Of a DNA stretch of 64,000 nt, positions 26,231-38,824 are shown in pieces. Position numbers and translations under genes: made by a program. How positions within the stretch are numbered: position 1 is the first letter of the stretch; the number at the start of each line of letters is the position of its first letter. Source of the DNA: Camelus dromedarius (lineage: Eukaryota); contig NC_087447.1 in NCBI RefSeq assembly GCF_036321535.1, positions 52,454,001 through 52,518,000 on the forward strand. The letters run 5' to 3'. The notes beneath the pieces were generated by a model, which did not search any database, was not told the DNA's origin, and saw nothing but the letters and a program-made list of their open reading frames with translations.

Positions 26231-28139
26231 GATCACTGGCACATCATTTTAGAAAAGAGGAAAATGTAGCACAGGACCTAAGGGGGCTTGCTTGAGGTTT
26301 CAGAGCTGGGACACGACACAGACAGGATTTGAGACCAAGTCTCCTGGTTAGACTTTGGAACCACCTCCTTCCACCCCACTGCATTGCCAGCTACACCTCT
26401 GCTACAGGCAGGGCCGCAAAGCTGTCACAGCTCCCCTCTCCAGCTATTCATCTAGATGCTGGATTCTAGAACAATGCCTGCCTGGCACACCGAGGGAGTT
26501 CGGCATAGCTATAGAACAAACCACAGAGGGAATCTACTGAAGAGATACTGTGTCAACCTGAATGGAGCCCAAATTGCAACCTCTGCTTTCTAAAAAGCAT
26601 TTATCAGATGCCAACTGTGTGCCTGGCGTGAGGCCAGCTCCTCCTTGCTGTGGCCCCATCGGCAGGAGAGGCCTGAGGCCTGGCTCCGCCTGATGGCCCT
26701 GAGGGGTAAGATTTGTGTTTACATTACCCAGTCAATCCTGTATTTATTTTGAATATTAAGCAGTGACATAAAAGCTGCTGACATTAACCTTCAGGGGCAG
26801 AAATTGGCTTTAATGGACCTCATAAAAGTTATTATTGATGGCAGCTACGTGCAACATCACCACGACCTCAGCAAAAGCCTCCACCACTATCAATACTGTT
26901 GACAATTACTATTGAGTAATGCAAGGCTGGGCGTGCAGGCAGAGTCAATGCTCTTGCGGCTGGAAGCTGCCAGGGGTCATGTCTTTCCGTTCTCAACTGA
27001 GAGTCCAACACTCTTGCTGGCTCAAACGGAGGTGGGCAGAGAGCTCAGACTATAGCATCGGAAAGAACTGAGTTCAAATCCAAGCTTTGATGACCTGCTG
27101 AATGACTGGTTGTACAGTCTCTGGAAAGTCAGTTGACCTTTTGGGAGCCTCAGTTTTCCCATCTGGGAAATGGGAATGCCAGGGCGTTGTCATGATGATT
27201 AAAGGCAATGGTGCATATGCAGTGACTTGATGCATGGGCAGGCCCTCGCCATGGCCTCCCTCTACTGAAAAGTGGCAGCAATGCACTGGCTTACATGCCC
27301 AGTGGGGTCCAGCCCTGTCTTAATGGTCAGATCTGAGTTCTCATCAGAGAAAAAGGAGAGAGCTGGGGCCAGGAGGATGAATACAAGAGAAAGAGAGGAG
27401 GGCAGGGGAGAAAGACATGAGAGTAGGAGGAGCAGGAGGAAGGGAGGGAGAGCCAGAGAGAAGGAGACGGCTGTGTAGAGCCTGGTTCCCTCTCAGCTAG
27501 ACACACAGCCCCGGTACCCGTCACCTCGCTGAGCCCCAGTCCTCAGTTGTACGTTGAGGTTGACAAGAGAGCTGTCAATCTCCGCAGTGGATAAAGGGGA
27601 GCCATTCTTATGGCACATTCACTGTCAGTATGGTACTGTTGTTATTTAGAGCCAAGTCTAACAAAGTGGTTAATATAACTTCCCAACTGGGAGCAAGCGG
27701 ACAGGTGCAGGAGCACCCATGGGAAGTCTAGGGTGGGAAGTCCAGGCCTGGAAGGTATGACTTGTTAGACCCACCTGCTCACCTCCTTTGCCTGCCCATC
27801 TTCCCTGAGCACAGTGAGGCTTAGACTGCCGTGGCCATGGTGGAGATGGACGATCAGAAGGAGAGGGTGGTGTGGCCAGGGAAGCAGGCAGCCATCTCCC
27901 TGTCCCTGTTATCAAAGGCTAAAGCTCTCCAGGCTCGTTGACTGTGTCATTATCATCCAACAAAGGCTTAATTCAGCTGTAATTCAGCTCTCAGAGAATA
28001 TACAATAATGTGGGCGGTATGCGCCTCACTCTGTCATGACTTTATGGAAAAATGATTATTTGTCACCATGGCGAGAAGCCTTCAAACGAACAAGCAACCC
28101 AAGTGCTTTGCTGCAGAGGAAATTCACTATGACTCAGGC

Positions 28140-28360
28140 TACAAGAGTCAAGATTTTAGAGTTATACAGGCCTGAGTTCAAATCTCATCTTGCTAGCAGT
28201 GTGACCTATGCAGGTTTCTTAACCTCTCTGGGCTACGGAGATGGGGATAATAAAAACCTACCTCAAGGAGTTGTAGAGGGAGTAAATGAGATCATACAAC
28301 CAAAGCACTTAGCATTGTGCTTGGGGGTCTAATAATCAGCAGCAGGTATTAACTATTATT
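28140..28360 (+). mobile_element. MIR SINE
   Basis: cctgagttcaaatc...gtgtgacc...atggggataataaaaacctacctca. Confidence 0.75.
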
Positions 28361-30397
28361 ATTGTTATTATCATTTTCCTCTTGTGCAAATGTAAGGACA
28401 CAGAATCACAGAATCCTAGATCTAGAAGGGCTTGCAGATGATTCTACTCACTTATTCCCCGAAAGTGTTCATTGGAACACTACCACCACCAGACACTTGG
28501 GGAATGCAGCATATAAATCCTCCTTGTTAACTGCATGGATATTAGCATATTAAAGGCTCTGACAAGTCCTGCAGTAAGGAAACTGGTGTAAATTCCTTTA
28601 ACTCAGTGTTTCCTACATTATTTGACCACAGAGCACTCACCTCCCTTTCCCCTCCTTCGATCCAAGTATTAAGATTCTCAGAATACAGGGAATGCTGATT
28701 TCATTTTAACTACTGATTTTATAGATGGGACAACTGAGGTCCAGAGAAAGGATCTAGCTTATCCAATGCACCTGCCAGGTCAGTGATGGAACTGAGGTTT
28801 CCTGCCCCCTAGTCAGACACCATTTTCTCCATACAGGCCTTGCACATCAAATTCAGTGTGGTGGGGAGGAGAGAGGAGGGGTTCCAGCTGGGCTTGGGTC
28901 TAGGTGGGAAGGTGGGTGAGGGAGTGTAGATGGCCCTACCGCAGAGAGGGGAACTCCTTCAGATGGTGAAGTCACGGACCCTTCCCAGGGCTGGTGTCAG
29001 GGGAGGGTGACACTGCCAAGCTGGTATCTGGGACCTGCTGCTCCATACCCCTCAAACAGGTGCGAGGGTCCCTAGGGAAAACTCCGAGTTCTCCAGCAGC
29101 AGCGATGGAATGAATATCTGCAATTGTGCTGCACCTGATTCTTTTAGGTGATACATTTCTCCACCTGACCCCTGACCTTACCAAGTCTCCTGCCTGATCC
29201 CAAATCTGGGACTGTGTCATGCATAACCCACTGGAGCATCCTTTTTAGAGACTAACCCACCTAAGCCTTCACCTCAGACCAGTGTCTCCCTGCCCACCCC
29301 AACTCCTCCCACACCTGGGCAGGAATCACAGGATCCTGCATTTAGAGCTGGAGACCAGTAGGGAGCACTGGTGCTGGCTTGGTTCTTCCAGTTCTCATGC
29401 AGATTGCCCTCCTCCACTCCCTTCCCACCTTTGGGAAGCTCAGAAGCACCAGCAGACCCCCTCACTGGACCTGAGAAGTAAAGCCCTCTCCCAGGCAAGG
29501 AGGCTGTCCTGTTCTCTGCCACCCTCCCTAAGCCTTTGCTGCCAGACTCCAGCAGGGTCCTCCTCCTCTATGTGAACTTCATCCACAAAGCTGCCCAGAG
29601 ACTGGCGGGGCACAAGACACCACCAAAAGGGAGATGCCCTCAGCGGCCCGCTGCAGGGCTGTGTCTAACTCAGAGCCCCTCAGAGGTCTGCCAATGAGGT
29701 CCAAGAGTAAGGAGGAACATTCTGAAACCCAGCTCCTTTCCTTCCCCATAAAAAGGAGGTATGTGAACACGTTGCCATCTTTTTCTTCCATAGCATTTCT
29801 CCGGCCTTGGAAGAGGGGGCTACAGAGATGACAGTGGAATAGAGTCCAGAGCCGGCACTTCCCCAAATCTGCACATGACATCTTGGGAAAGCTGGAGTAA
29901 AACCCATGAGTTTTAAGTTACTCCAACATGATGATTTTTGTGTAAAAGCTATCCTCTGATCGGCATAAGGTCCTGGTGGCGGGGGCAGCACCATGGCGAG
30001 TAGCCAGGGTGGTTGGTCACGTGCGGGCTAGAGGGCTGTGTGAGCAGGGCTCTGGAGGACCAGGCATTGCTGACGCCACAGAGGACAAGCTGTGGGGGAT
30101 GGGCAACCCCTGGCCCCTCTGCTTTTCTGGACACAGGCACCTTGTCAGCAGTAACCCTGCCCCTTAGGCATGCTCTAATCTGGAAGGAAAGGGCAGAGAC
30201 CCAATCTCTGGTCTGTCATCAATGGCCAGTATTTCATGCGACTGTGCAAGAGGCTCTGCCTTTTGACCACTAAGAGCAAAGCAATTTTCCAGCGACTTCA
30301 CCAGAGCTCCAAGTGATGGAGCAGAGGATCAATGTTGTAATTAAAACCCCAGCCCCACGAACCCCAGTACCCAGCATGGGCCAAGCGGGCCACTCAC

Positions 30398-30679
30398 CAG
30401 TCTCTGTGTTCTCGTGCTCCGTATCGGTGAGTGTGAGGTTGGAGTTGGCCCGGCTGGACAGGCAGGAGCTGCGTCCCGACCGCGTGCTGCGGCCCCACAG
30501 CCGCACAGGGTGCTCGGGGGACAGCACAGTGTCGGCCTCCAGGTCGGCCTCCAGGTCGGCCTCGGAGCTGGCCCCCATGGAGTAGCCGCAGTGGGGGAGG
30601 CCTATGTCTGTCCGGTACAGGGTTCCGTGAGGGGGTGTCACCTCCCCCAGCCCCAGCTCACGCAGGGTGAAGTTGGCAC
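30398..30679 (-). CDS. TENM4: Teneurin-4, second coding exon (282 nt), teneurin intracellular domain
   Basis: Acceptor tttcctcccag|GTGCC and donor CTG|GTGAGT. Phase 1 to phase 1, in frame with the previous exon. Encodes (G)[93 protein letters not shown]. Confidence 0.97.
30531..30563. repeat. 12-nt tandem repeat (gtcggcctccag x2.75) within the coding exon
   Basis: Read directly: gtcggcctccag gtcggcctccag gtcggcctc. Confidence 0.95.
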
Positions 30680-33600
30680 CTGGGAGGAAAGGCAGGGGAG
30701 TTGGATTAGGGTGCTGGCGGGTGGTCTCCCCACCAGAAGCTTGACCCCTACCCCGGGACTCATTCTTGTCCTTGGAGCTCGCTGTGGTATTCCATGTCCG
30801 GGCCTTCCCTCTGTGCCCTCCCCATCAGCCCAAACCCTCCACACCCATTATAGAAGGCCCAGTGCAAAGGGCACCTCCTCTGGGAAGTCTCCCCTAATCC
30901 TACACCTTGTGCAGAAGTCACTGCTTCTTCCTCTGAGCTCGCTCTGAGAGTTCCCAGCCCTGCTCATCCTGCAGAGCCGAACCACTGAAGGGCCTGGCTC
31001 CTCTGCTGTAGATGGTCCCACAGGGTCAGGGACCACATCCTGCTCATTCTGAAATCCCTGTGACTAAAACTCAAGCCAGAACCCAGCACGAGCTCAATAC
31101 AGATCTGCTAAATTGGATGGAAGGCTTCAGGTCTCCTCTTCCAGTCCAGGGAGGGCCAGCCAGCAAGGAGCACTCCCAAGCAGCGCAGAAGCCTCGTCCA
31201 TGAGATGTCAATGGCTCCCCAGCCAGGTCAGGAAAGCCTGGAGTAGTAAAGTGTAGAAGATAATCCCTGGCCCAGATCCTGAGCCTTGCCCAAGGAGGGA
31301 GGCTCCGCCTTCTGCTTGCTCATGCCAGGTGGGCTGTGACAGAAGTCAGCAGGCTCTGGAGTAACCCTGGGATCCAAGCACATAGCCAAGGGTAGGCTGC
31401 TGACAGGTCTCTCGAGGACCAGGGAAGGCCTAAGGCCAGGAAGACATGGATGAGGGGGGTTCCCTCAGGGATCAGTGTTTGAGGGACAAAGGGAATACTG
31501 ACTTCCATGGGAAACACAGCCTTGATGTTGGTCCTGAATATTCATTCAGGGTCTATTTGGGGACAGCTTCTCCTCCTCCGAGTGTTTGGGGGGATGAGGA
31601 GTGGGCGGATGAAGACACTGAGGGTCACATTCCGGTTAACCCACTGTTCTGGGAGATGGACTTAGACCAGCACCAATCCAAGCTGTGCTGGGGCCTCAAC
31701 TGATGTACAGCAATGAGCAGGGCGCGGAGCTTGACCTTACAGAGCTCACGGTCTAGTGGGGGAGACACAACCCAAACCATGATTAGGGGTGAAAGTCCAA
31801 AGTGGGAGGAACCCAGAGAGTGTTCTGGGAGCACACAGGCAGAGGGTGGGGTGTCTGGGTGGGAGCTCAGAGGAGAGGCTTTCGGATGAGAGTAAGTGCA
31901 AAGGGTGGAGTAGGGGGAGAGAAGAGGTGGATGCCTGAGCTTTGAAGGATCCTACAAGCAGGGCCAGGACATAGGAAAGGGAGAAGGAACCGGCAGCCAG
32001 GTAGGAGGAGACCAGCAGAGATGGGCTCCTCTCACCATCGTGTGCATTACTATTACCAGTAACCCCTGTGCTCCCCGAGGGTCCTAGTCAGCTCTGTGTC
32101 CAGCACCCATCCTGCCTGGCACAGAGTAGGTGCTCAGTGAAAGCTGGTTAAATAATTGCACACACACACTCTGGTTGCACTCTGGGAGAAGGGGAAAGGG
32201 ATAGGGAAGGTGAGGGGAGAAACCAGCTGGGACACCTGCTGAAGGGAAAGCTGTGAGGCTGGCAGCAGGGGGAGGGGTGGTTCATGCTGGCACAGCCTTG
32301 GCTTGAGGTTAAAGGTATGAAATCGGTCCACAGTGGCTGGCAAATAACTGATGCCCGGTCTCCCCATCAAGTGTCCCCAGCCTGGGCTCTGCCTTTTCCA
32401 GCCCCTTCCTTATAAACACCACCTACCTAGTTACTTAACGGTTAATGGTTAACATCAGCAGGCTGCACAGCAGGGGCTTCTGGGCTCAAGCTCCTAGCTA
32501 AGCCAACATTCTCATTGGCCAGAGCCAGTTAAATATTTTCAGTATCACCCCTAAATGCCATGCTTTAGTCTGCTCTCCTCTTTTGCTCTCCTCCTAAGTA
32601 GAAGAAAACTCCCAATTGGAGCCTCAATCCCCCGGTCAGCTTCCTACCCTTCCCGCACACCACACTCCCTGGCTGCCCCATCTGATGCCCTCTGGTCTTT
32701 GCCCACCCTTGTCCTGTCCCCCTCCCTTCTCTGCCACCATTCCCCCTGCCTCAGCCCACCTCCCTGCTCCTCGGGGCTGGCCCTCTCAAGGGAGGCCAGT
32801 CACATGTTATGAAGAATGACTGCTACATGAAGTGAAAAATCAAATTCATTTGCAATAAACAGCCAGGGCTGCATTGATTTCCATACAGTTTGCCCTGCAT
32901 ATCCTCTGAAGCAGCCAGACTCAGCATCAGTATGAGTGAGCTGAGACAGCCCAGAACTGGACAGATGCAAGGTGAGGGCTGCTGCTAAGGGCTCAGGGAT
33001 CCTGTCCAGCCAGCCCAGTCCCTATGATATGTGAGTTTAGAAGACTTATTTCATCAAATGTGAGAAGTTCTTGTGATCTGTTTGCTTTAAGTCCCTTTGG
33101 CCTCTTTCTGGAGAAGCCTGGATCACGTGTTGACACTTTAATTCGTTCAACATCTACCTGTGCAACCTTAGGTGGGTGACATCTCCCAGGCCTCAGTGTT
33201 CTTGTCTTTAAAATGGGATGATAATTGATGACCTGCTGCTTCACAGGATTTCTGATGCTCCAGGGAGGTAATGAGGAGAGAACTTTGTAAACTCAATACT
33301 CAAGCCTCCCTGTGAGCTGAGAATGTTTCCTGTTTGTTATTTATGAAGATAAGAGGGGCTCCTTCTGGAATCCCATGTGCTAGGGTGGAATGTGGGCCAA
33401 GCTGGGCTTGGCAGGGCTCTCTGAGCTCTAACAAGCATGGGGAGGACAGAGCTGGAGGAAGGCTCTGACACCATTTGTCCTTTCCCTTCACTGAGGCCCA
33501 GAGGTGACAATTAGTAGCAGGCAGCATTTATGAAGCGACTGCTCCATGCAAGTGTCAAGCACTCTACTTACGGTCCTTATCAATCCTCCCTCCCCACCCT

Positions 33601-35032
33601 ACAATGAGGAGCATCACTGTTATCCCATTGCCCAGGTGAAGACACTGAAGGGAATAAAAATGGCAGAGCTAGAATTCAAATCCAGAGCTGTCTCATGCCA
33701 GAATCAGCTGTTAATCATGAAATGGGACACAGCTGAAGATCCTTTTTCTTTAAAGCACAAGAGGCAGCCTAGCTAACAAGTCAGCTTTCACGTGGATCCA
33801 GGCCTGTGGGTGAGGCCAGGTAGGCTTCAGGGTATTTGGGGGCATGTCTGTGACCAGCTCCTCCTCCCTCTGTGATCTTGTGTGAATGAATTGTTGGGGC
33901 TGTTGTGAGGAGGAAATAACAATGCCAAAACGTATATAAATTACACAGCACAACACCCAGCTAGCCCTTTCTGTGGAAGGGAAGAGGGCCAGGCATGATT
34001 AGGATGGGGTGCACGAACTGTCAGAGGCTTGTAGTGACCCGCCAGACACTGAAGAGGGCTTAAAGCTCTGCAGGCAGTAAAACAAGAATTACTGAGGCAC
34101 CAGGGCAAGGAACATACACTGCAGCAGGTGTGGGAATAATGAGCAGTCCAGCAGGGCTGGAGCATGGGTGATGGGGTGTGGAGAAGCAGAGGATAAAACA
34201 GTCCAGGGAGAAACTGATTTGGGGAAAGCCCTCTCAGGTCAGTTTAAGGAGCTAATGTGAAGGGCAATGCAGTCATTCCAAACTTCACGTTAGCTGCAGT
34301 GCAGAGAATGGCCCAGAGGGGCAGCACTGAGTAAAGACGGGTTGTAGTCAACCCTCCCAGAGATGATGGTGGCCTGAATCTGGACAGTGGCAGAGGGAAC
34401 AGAGAAGAGGGACGGATGTGAAAGCTATTCTGGTGTAGAATGGATAGACTTTAGTGACTTCTGTGTGTGGAGTGAAAGTGAGGGAATGAGGCACCAGGAT
34501 ATCCCCACATTACTAAACGTTTAGGTCTATCTCAGGCGCATCTACCTCTCAAGGTCAGGACAGCGCTCGACACAAGGAAGGTGCTAAGATGTGTTTGTTG
34601 AATGAATAAATGCAGAAACAAATAACAAAACTAATAGCTAAGACTTACTCAGCATTTGGCGTCGTCACACTTACCGCTTTAGGTAACAAAGCGCAACAAC
34701 AATTCAGCGCAGCAGCGACTACTCAGGGCCATCTAACAGGTGGGGACCGAGGCTCTGAGGAGAGCGAGTGCTGGCTCAGAACTCAACCCCAGGCAGTCTG
34801 ACACGGAGCCCAGCTCCTAACCACCTCATTATGCCCACAAGGAAGGTGAGCACTGAAAAAAAAAAAAGAACTACTGGGCAGGCTTCGACCAGATAAAGGT
34901 GCCAAAGCAGCGGAGAGTTGGTGCTGACCCGGCGTTCTCCACGGGGGCTCGCCTGCCTGCTCGCCTGCGCGTGCGCCCAGGTGCACACCTGTGCGCATGC
35001 CTGCCCAAGCCCCGCCCCTGGCCCGCCCTCAC
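30680..35032 (-). other. TENM4: TENM4 intron between the two coding exons (4353 nt, GT-AG)
   Basis: Canonical GT...AG ends join the two exons in frame. Confidence 0.93.
34130..34480 (-). mobile_element. L2 fragment
   Basis: gagatgatggtggcctgaatctggacagtggcagagggaacagagaagagg. Confidence 0.55.
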
Positions 35033-35255
35033 CTGCGCGGCCGAACTCCTCGGCCTCCTGCGGCACCATGTCCTTCACGCGGCTGCCGTAGGCGAGGCGG
35101 GCGTCCTGGTCGTAAGCCTTGAGGGTCTCGCTGGAGCTGTAGGACTTCTGCGGGGCCTTGCCCTCCTCGCTGTCGGCGGATGAGCTGGTGTAGCGGCGCT
35201 CGGCGTCACGGCGCCGGGTCAGCGAGCGGTACGGCTTCCTCTCCTTCACGTCCAT
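35033..35255 (-). CDS. TENM4: Teneurin-4, first coding exon (coding part, 223 nt; full exon 35033-35320)
   Basis: Translates to [74 protein letters not shown]+G, the recognisable TENM4 N-terminus. Strong Kozak context (gaggccATGg). Phase-1 donor CAG|GTGAGG at 35033/35032. Confidence 0.97.
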
Positions 35256-35320
35256 GGCCTCGGGCTCGCGCTCCTCCACATCCACGAACAGGGTCCTCGC
35301 CGCACTCAGGGCCGAGTGGT
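35256..35320 (-). other. TENM4: TENM4 exonic 5' leader (65 nt upstream of the ATG)
   Basis: Polypyrimidine tract and acceptor tttctttggtttcttgggctccag|accac, with AG at 35322-35321. A 65-nt leader matches my recollection of the human exon starting at c.-65. Confidence 0.85.
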
Positions 35321-38099
35321 CTGGAGCCCAAGAAACCAAAGAAAGGGCGTGAGCTCCAGCCCCAGGAGGCAAAGGCAATCCTGGGTCCACCCCGGACCTC
35401 GATTCTCCCTGCAGTGCTGTGGACGAGGGTCCTCAGCCTCTGGAGGTGACGGTGCCGCCCTACCGTCACACAGCCAGGAGTGGCACGGGGAACTTGTACT
35501 CGGGGCTTGGAATGATGACTCCTTTCTCTTTCTGCTACGCCGCCTATCCACCGTGAAGATGCCCTCAGCCGCCCCTACTGCGATGGGTATCCAAGAAGCT
35601 GACCTACAAAGGCCAGAGGGCACTGGTTTTCCAGATCCCATTAGATGGGAATCACGTGTTTGTTTCCATCAAGCCCCCAGCTGGGACAGGGCCTGACCCA
35701 GAACCGGAGCTCCTTAAGAATTTGTAAAATGAATGACTATACTCAGGCACAGGGGTACACACTCCGCATATATTTTCTCATTAAATTGTCACATGTCACG
35801 AGATGTTAGTACTGTCTCCAACCTTTTTTGGAAATGAGCCAAGGTATAAATCACTAATACACACTATCACCACCAGATAATTAAATAATGACCTGCTTAC
35901 CGTCTGTTTTCTTCCACTAATATGTATACACCATGAGAGCAGCAGCCTTACCTGCTCACTCCTGATCTACAGCACAGAAAGTAAAGTCAGGCGCCCCCAA
36001 TACAGATTTGTTAAATTAGCCAGCCAACCAATCCCCATCTGACAGATAAGATAACTGAGGTTCCAAAACCTCCTTTAAGGTGATGGAGGTGGTTAAGTAA
36101 CAAAGCCAGGATCTGAAGCCAGGTCTGTTTGGCTCTAAAACCTGAGTTTTTCCTGTTCTGTTATGCCCTGTTGAGTCCCTTCCCTCCCACTACACAAAAT
36201 GTCCTTTCAGGGAGGCTGGCCCTGACTACCATGCCGAGCGGAGAACTCCCTCACCTCCAGACTAGTCCATCTCATCAGAGGTACCATCCATACCTCCTGC
36301 ATATGTCTGAGGGTTGCTAGGGTGTCTAGTTGGTGGAAAGCTCCTATCTTCCTTTCTCCTCTTTTCCCTATCTTGGCCCTTTTGCCCTAGACTGACACTT
36401 TTTTTTTTAAGCTGACATGGCACCCTTTTTCTCCTTCCAAATGTCTTTCTTTGGCTCTAGGGTAGCAAACGTAGCCCTCTACAAAAGCCAGGAGGTCAGC
36501 AGAATATCCTGCACGAAGTGTGATGAGAGCTCTTACTTGAAATGTTCTACCTTCTCAGTTCTTTCATTGTTCCACTTTTCAGAGCAACATGGGTATACAA
36601 AACATTCTACTGCATCACTATCCTATTAGAGAAACAACAGAGCAAGATCTGTCATTAAGGAGTCTCAGTGCTCGGGGTGGTGCCTCTGACAGGGCAGTGA
36701 GTGTTCAGTGCCTGCCAACGCTGCCACATAGGAGTGAAGGAGGTCTTATGAATTTTTAAGACAAGCTAGAAATTTGGACTTGGATGTAAAATGAATGATT
36801 TAAAAATGTTATTCATTATTACATACAGGCCAAATTAAACACACTGATGGGTCAGTTTTGTTCTGAGGGCTAGCGGTTTCCGAGTTCTGCCTTTGATCAT
36901 GGACATTAGAGGTATCAGTATCCCTTTGGCCTGAGGATGCTCTCTTCCCTCCCAAGCAAGGCCCCAAGGGCCCTCTCCAGGGCAGGTCTTAGCTAGGCAC
37001 CTATGCAACCTGTCTGTCTTGTGAAAGACTTCTCCAGACCCACTCAAACAGGGCCATGTGTCCTAACCTACAAATCTGCATCACTTGCTTGGCAAAGGAA
37101 TGTCTGAGGTTACCACTTGATGTCTCTGGGATTTATCATGGATCTGCTGTAGACTTCCCTCTACATAGTTCTCCATGATCTTCAAGAGTGCAAATACTTG
37201 TGACTTTACTGGTGCCTCAAAATAACCACGACGTATATAAGACAAGTAAGTTCACCCCCATTTTATACAGGGGGCACCAGTAACCCAGGGCCATCCTGTT
37301 TCTTCCCCAAGGCCATATGGTGAGCTAGTGGCAAAGCCAGCATTACTAGGCAGGCTACAGTGCCTTAGGGTGGTAATTAGAGCCAGTCAAGATGGATAAA
37401 TGACATTTTGGGGGATTCAATTCTCAAAATACCCCTGGAAATTCATGCTGGGACAAGGGGTTTGACCTAGGATACACAGAAATGAAATCATCTTACTAGG
37501 GCCCCAACCCAGGGCCCTGAGCGCTGCCCTCTTGACGCTAGGCCTCCTGGCACTGACTGATAAGACATGGTCCTCTGAGTGCCTGAGGGACAGGACCACA
37601 GGGAAGACAGGTGATGAAAACTTCTACTCTAGGATCTGCAGAATCTTTTGTCTGAGCTTCATAATTTGAAAAACATCTTTCATTGTGATCTGATACACCC
37701 ATTTATGTATGTGAGTGTGTTTATATGTGTGAAATGGAAACCAAAAATTCACAAAAGTTACTGCACAGTGAGCAATATGCTCAGATATTTCCTATTTCAT
37801 TCTCTTTCATTTTTTAAAAAAAAGCCTGATTATAACTTCCTAAATTTATATCATGATCTAATACTGGCTTTTGACCCAAAGCACAGCTCAGTCTAATGTG
37901 GATGAGGATTTATGGGGATTGCTGCCTTGCCTCTGTGCCCTCCGGCCCTTCACCTCTGACCCATCCCTTCAAGTGACAGTAATGGTGATAATAATAACAA
38001 GCACTCAATTAATTTTAGCCATTTTAAAATTAATTAGTCACTAATAATTCATAATATTAATAGTCATATTAATAATAGCCAATATACTTTTGTTTTTAG

Positions 38100-38300
38100 T
38101 AGCTAATACTTACTGAGTGCTTACTTTTACTGTAATTATATGTGATAACATTTTAATCCTCACTTCACCCCCATGATATAGGTACTAGGATTCTCTGCAC
38201 ATTACAGATGAGAAGTTTGAGGTTAAGTATCCTGCCCAAGGTCACATAGTTCTTGAGTGATGGAGCCACAATTCTGACCCAGGCGATTGAACTCAGCACA
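38100..38300 (-). mobile_element. MIR SINE
   Basis: ttactgagtgcttac...ttacagatgag...tgcccaaggtcacatag. Confidence 0.75.
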
Positions 38301-38824
38301 TGAATGTAACCCCTAGGTGGTGTTGCCTTTGTGGACTGAGCCAGATGAACTTCCTAAGCCCTGATCATGCCATTACCCTGTTTTTGTCCCTCTAGCAGTC
38401 CAGTGGAGCCTTTAGGATGAATTCTAGTTTCTTGGTCAAAACTAAAGGCTCTTTTCCATCTGGTCTGCTCACTGAGCCACTTTCCTGGCCATGAATTCTG
38501 AGGACTGTACACCTTTGTGCATGCTGTGCTGTTCCATCACAGAACCTCCACCTACCTAGATGGGCTATTTTCACATCTGCATCACCCTTTGACAGCAGTA
38601 CCATGAGGGCATCTCCAGTGCTCATGAAATGTCTGCTGAGTAAATGAATGAATAAAACTACTTGGCAGCTACTTCATTCCTTCTTATCAATCTTAAGTAA
38701 TATAAAATACAGGTAGTTAAATTTAGATCATGTGTACTAGGTACATGTAAGATTGAATTAAAGGCATTGCTTAGATGCACTTTTTTAAAATTTCAGAGGC
38801 AGCCTCAGTTTTAAGTATGTGTCC

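Larger units (their letters stand above)
34900..35600. promoter_or_regulatory. CpG-rich island-like segment over the first coding exon
   Basis: Visibly high GC and CpG density against a CpG-depleted background. Contains GC boxes and NRF1-like GCGCAYGC motifs. Confidence 0.6.

Noticed and set aside
30270..30947. Overlapping ORFs 30270-30641 (-), 30313-30585 (+) and 30414-30947 (+)
   Set aside because: The minus ORF is the TENM4 exon plus intron read-through. The plus ORFs are antisense shadows of GC-rich coding sequence.
34776..35390. 204-aa ORF as a single-exon protein
   Set aside because: It is the TENM4 exon read through both splice sites; the flanking residues are intronic.
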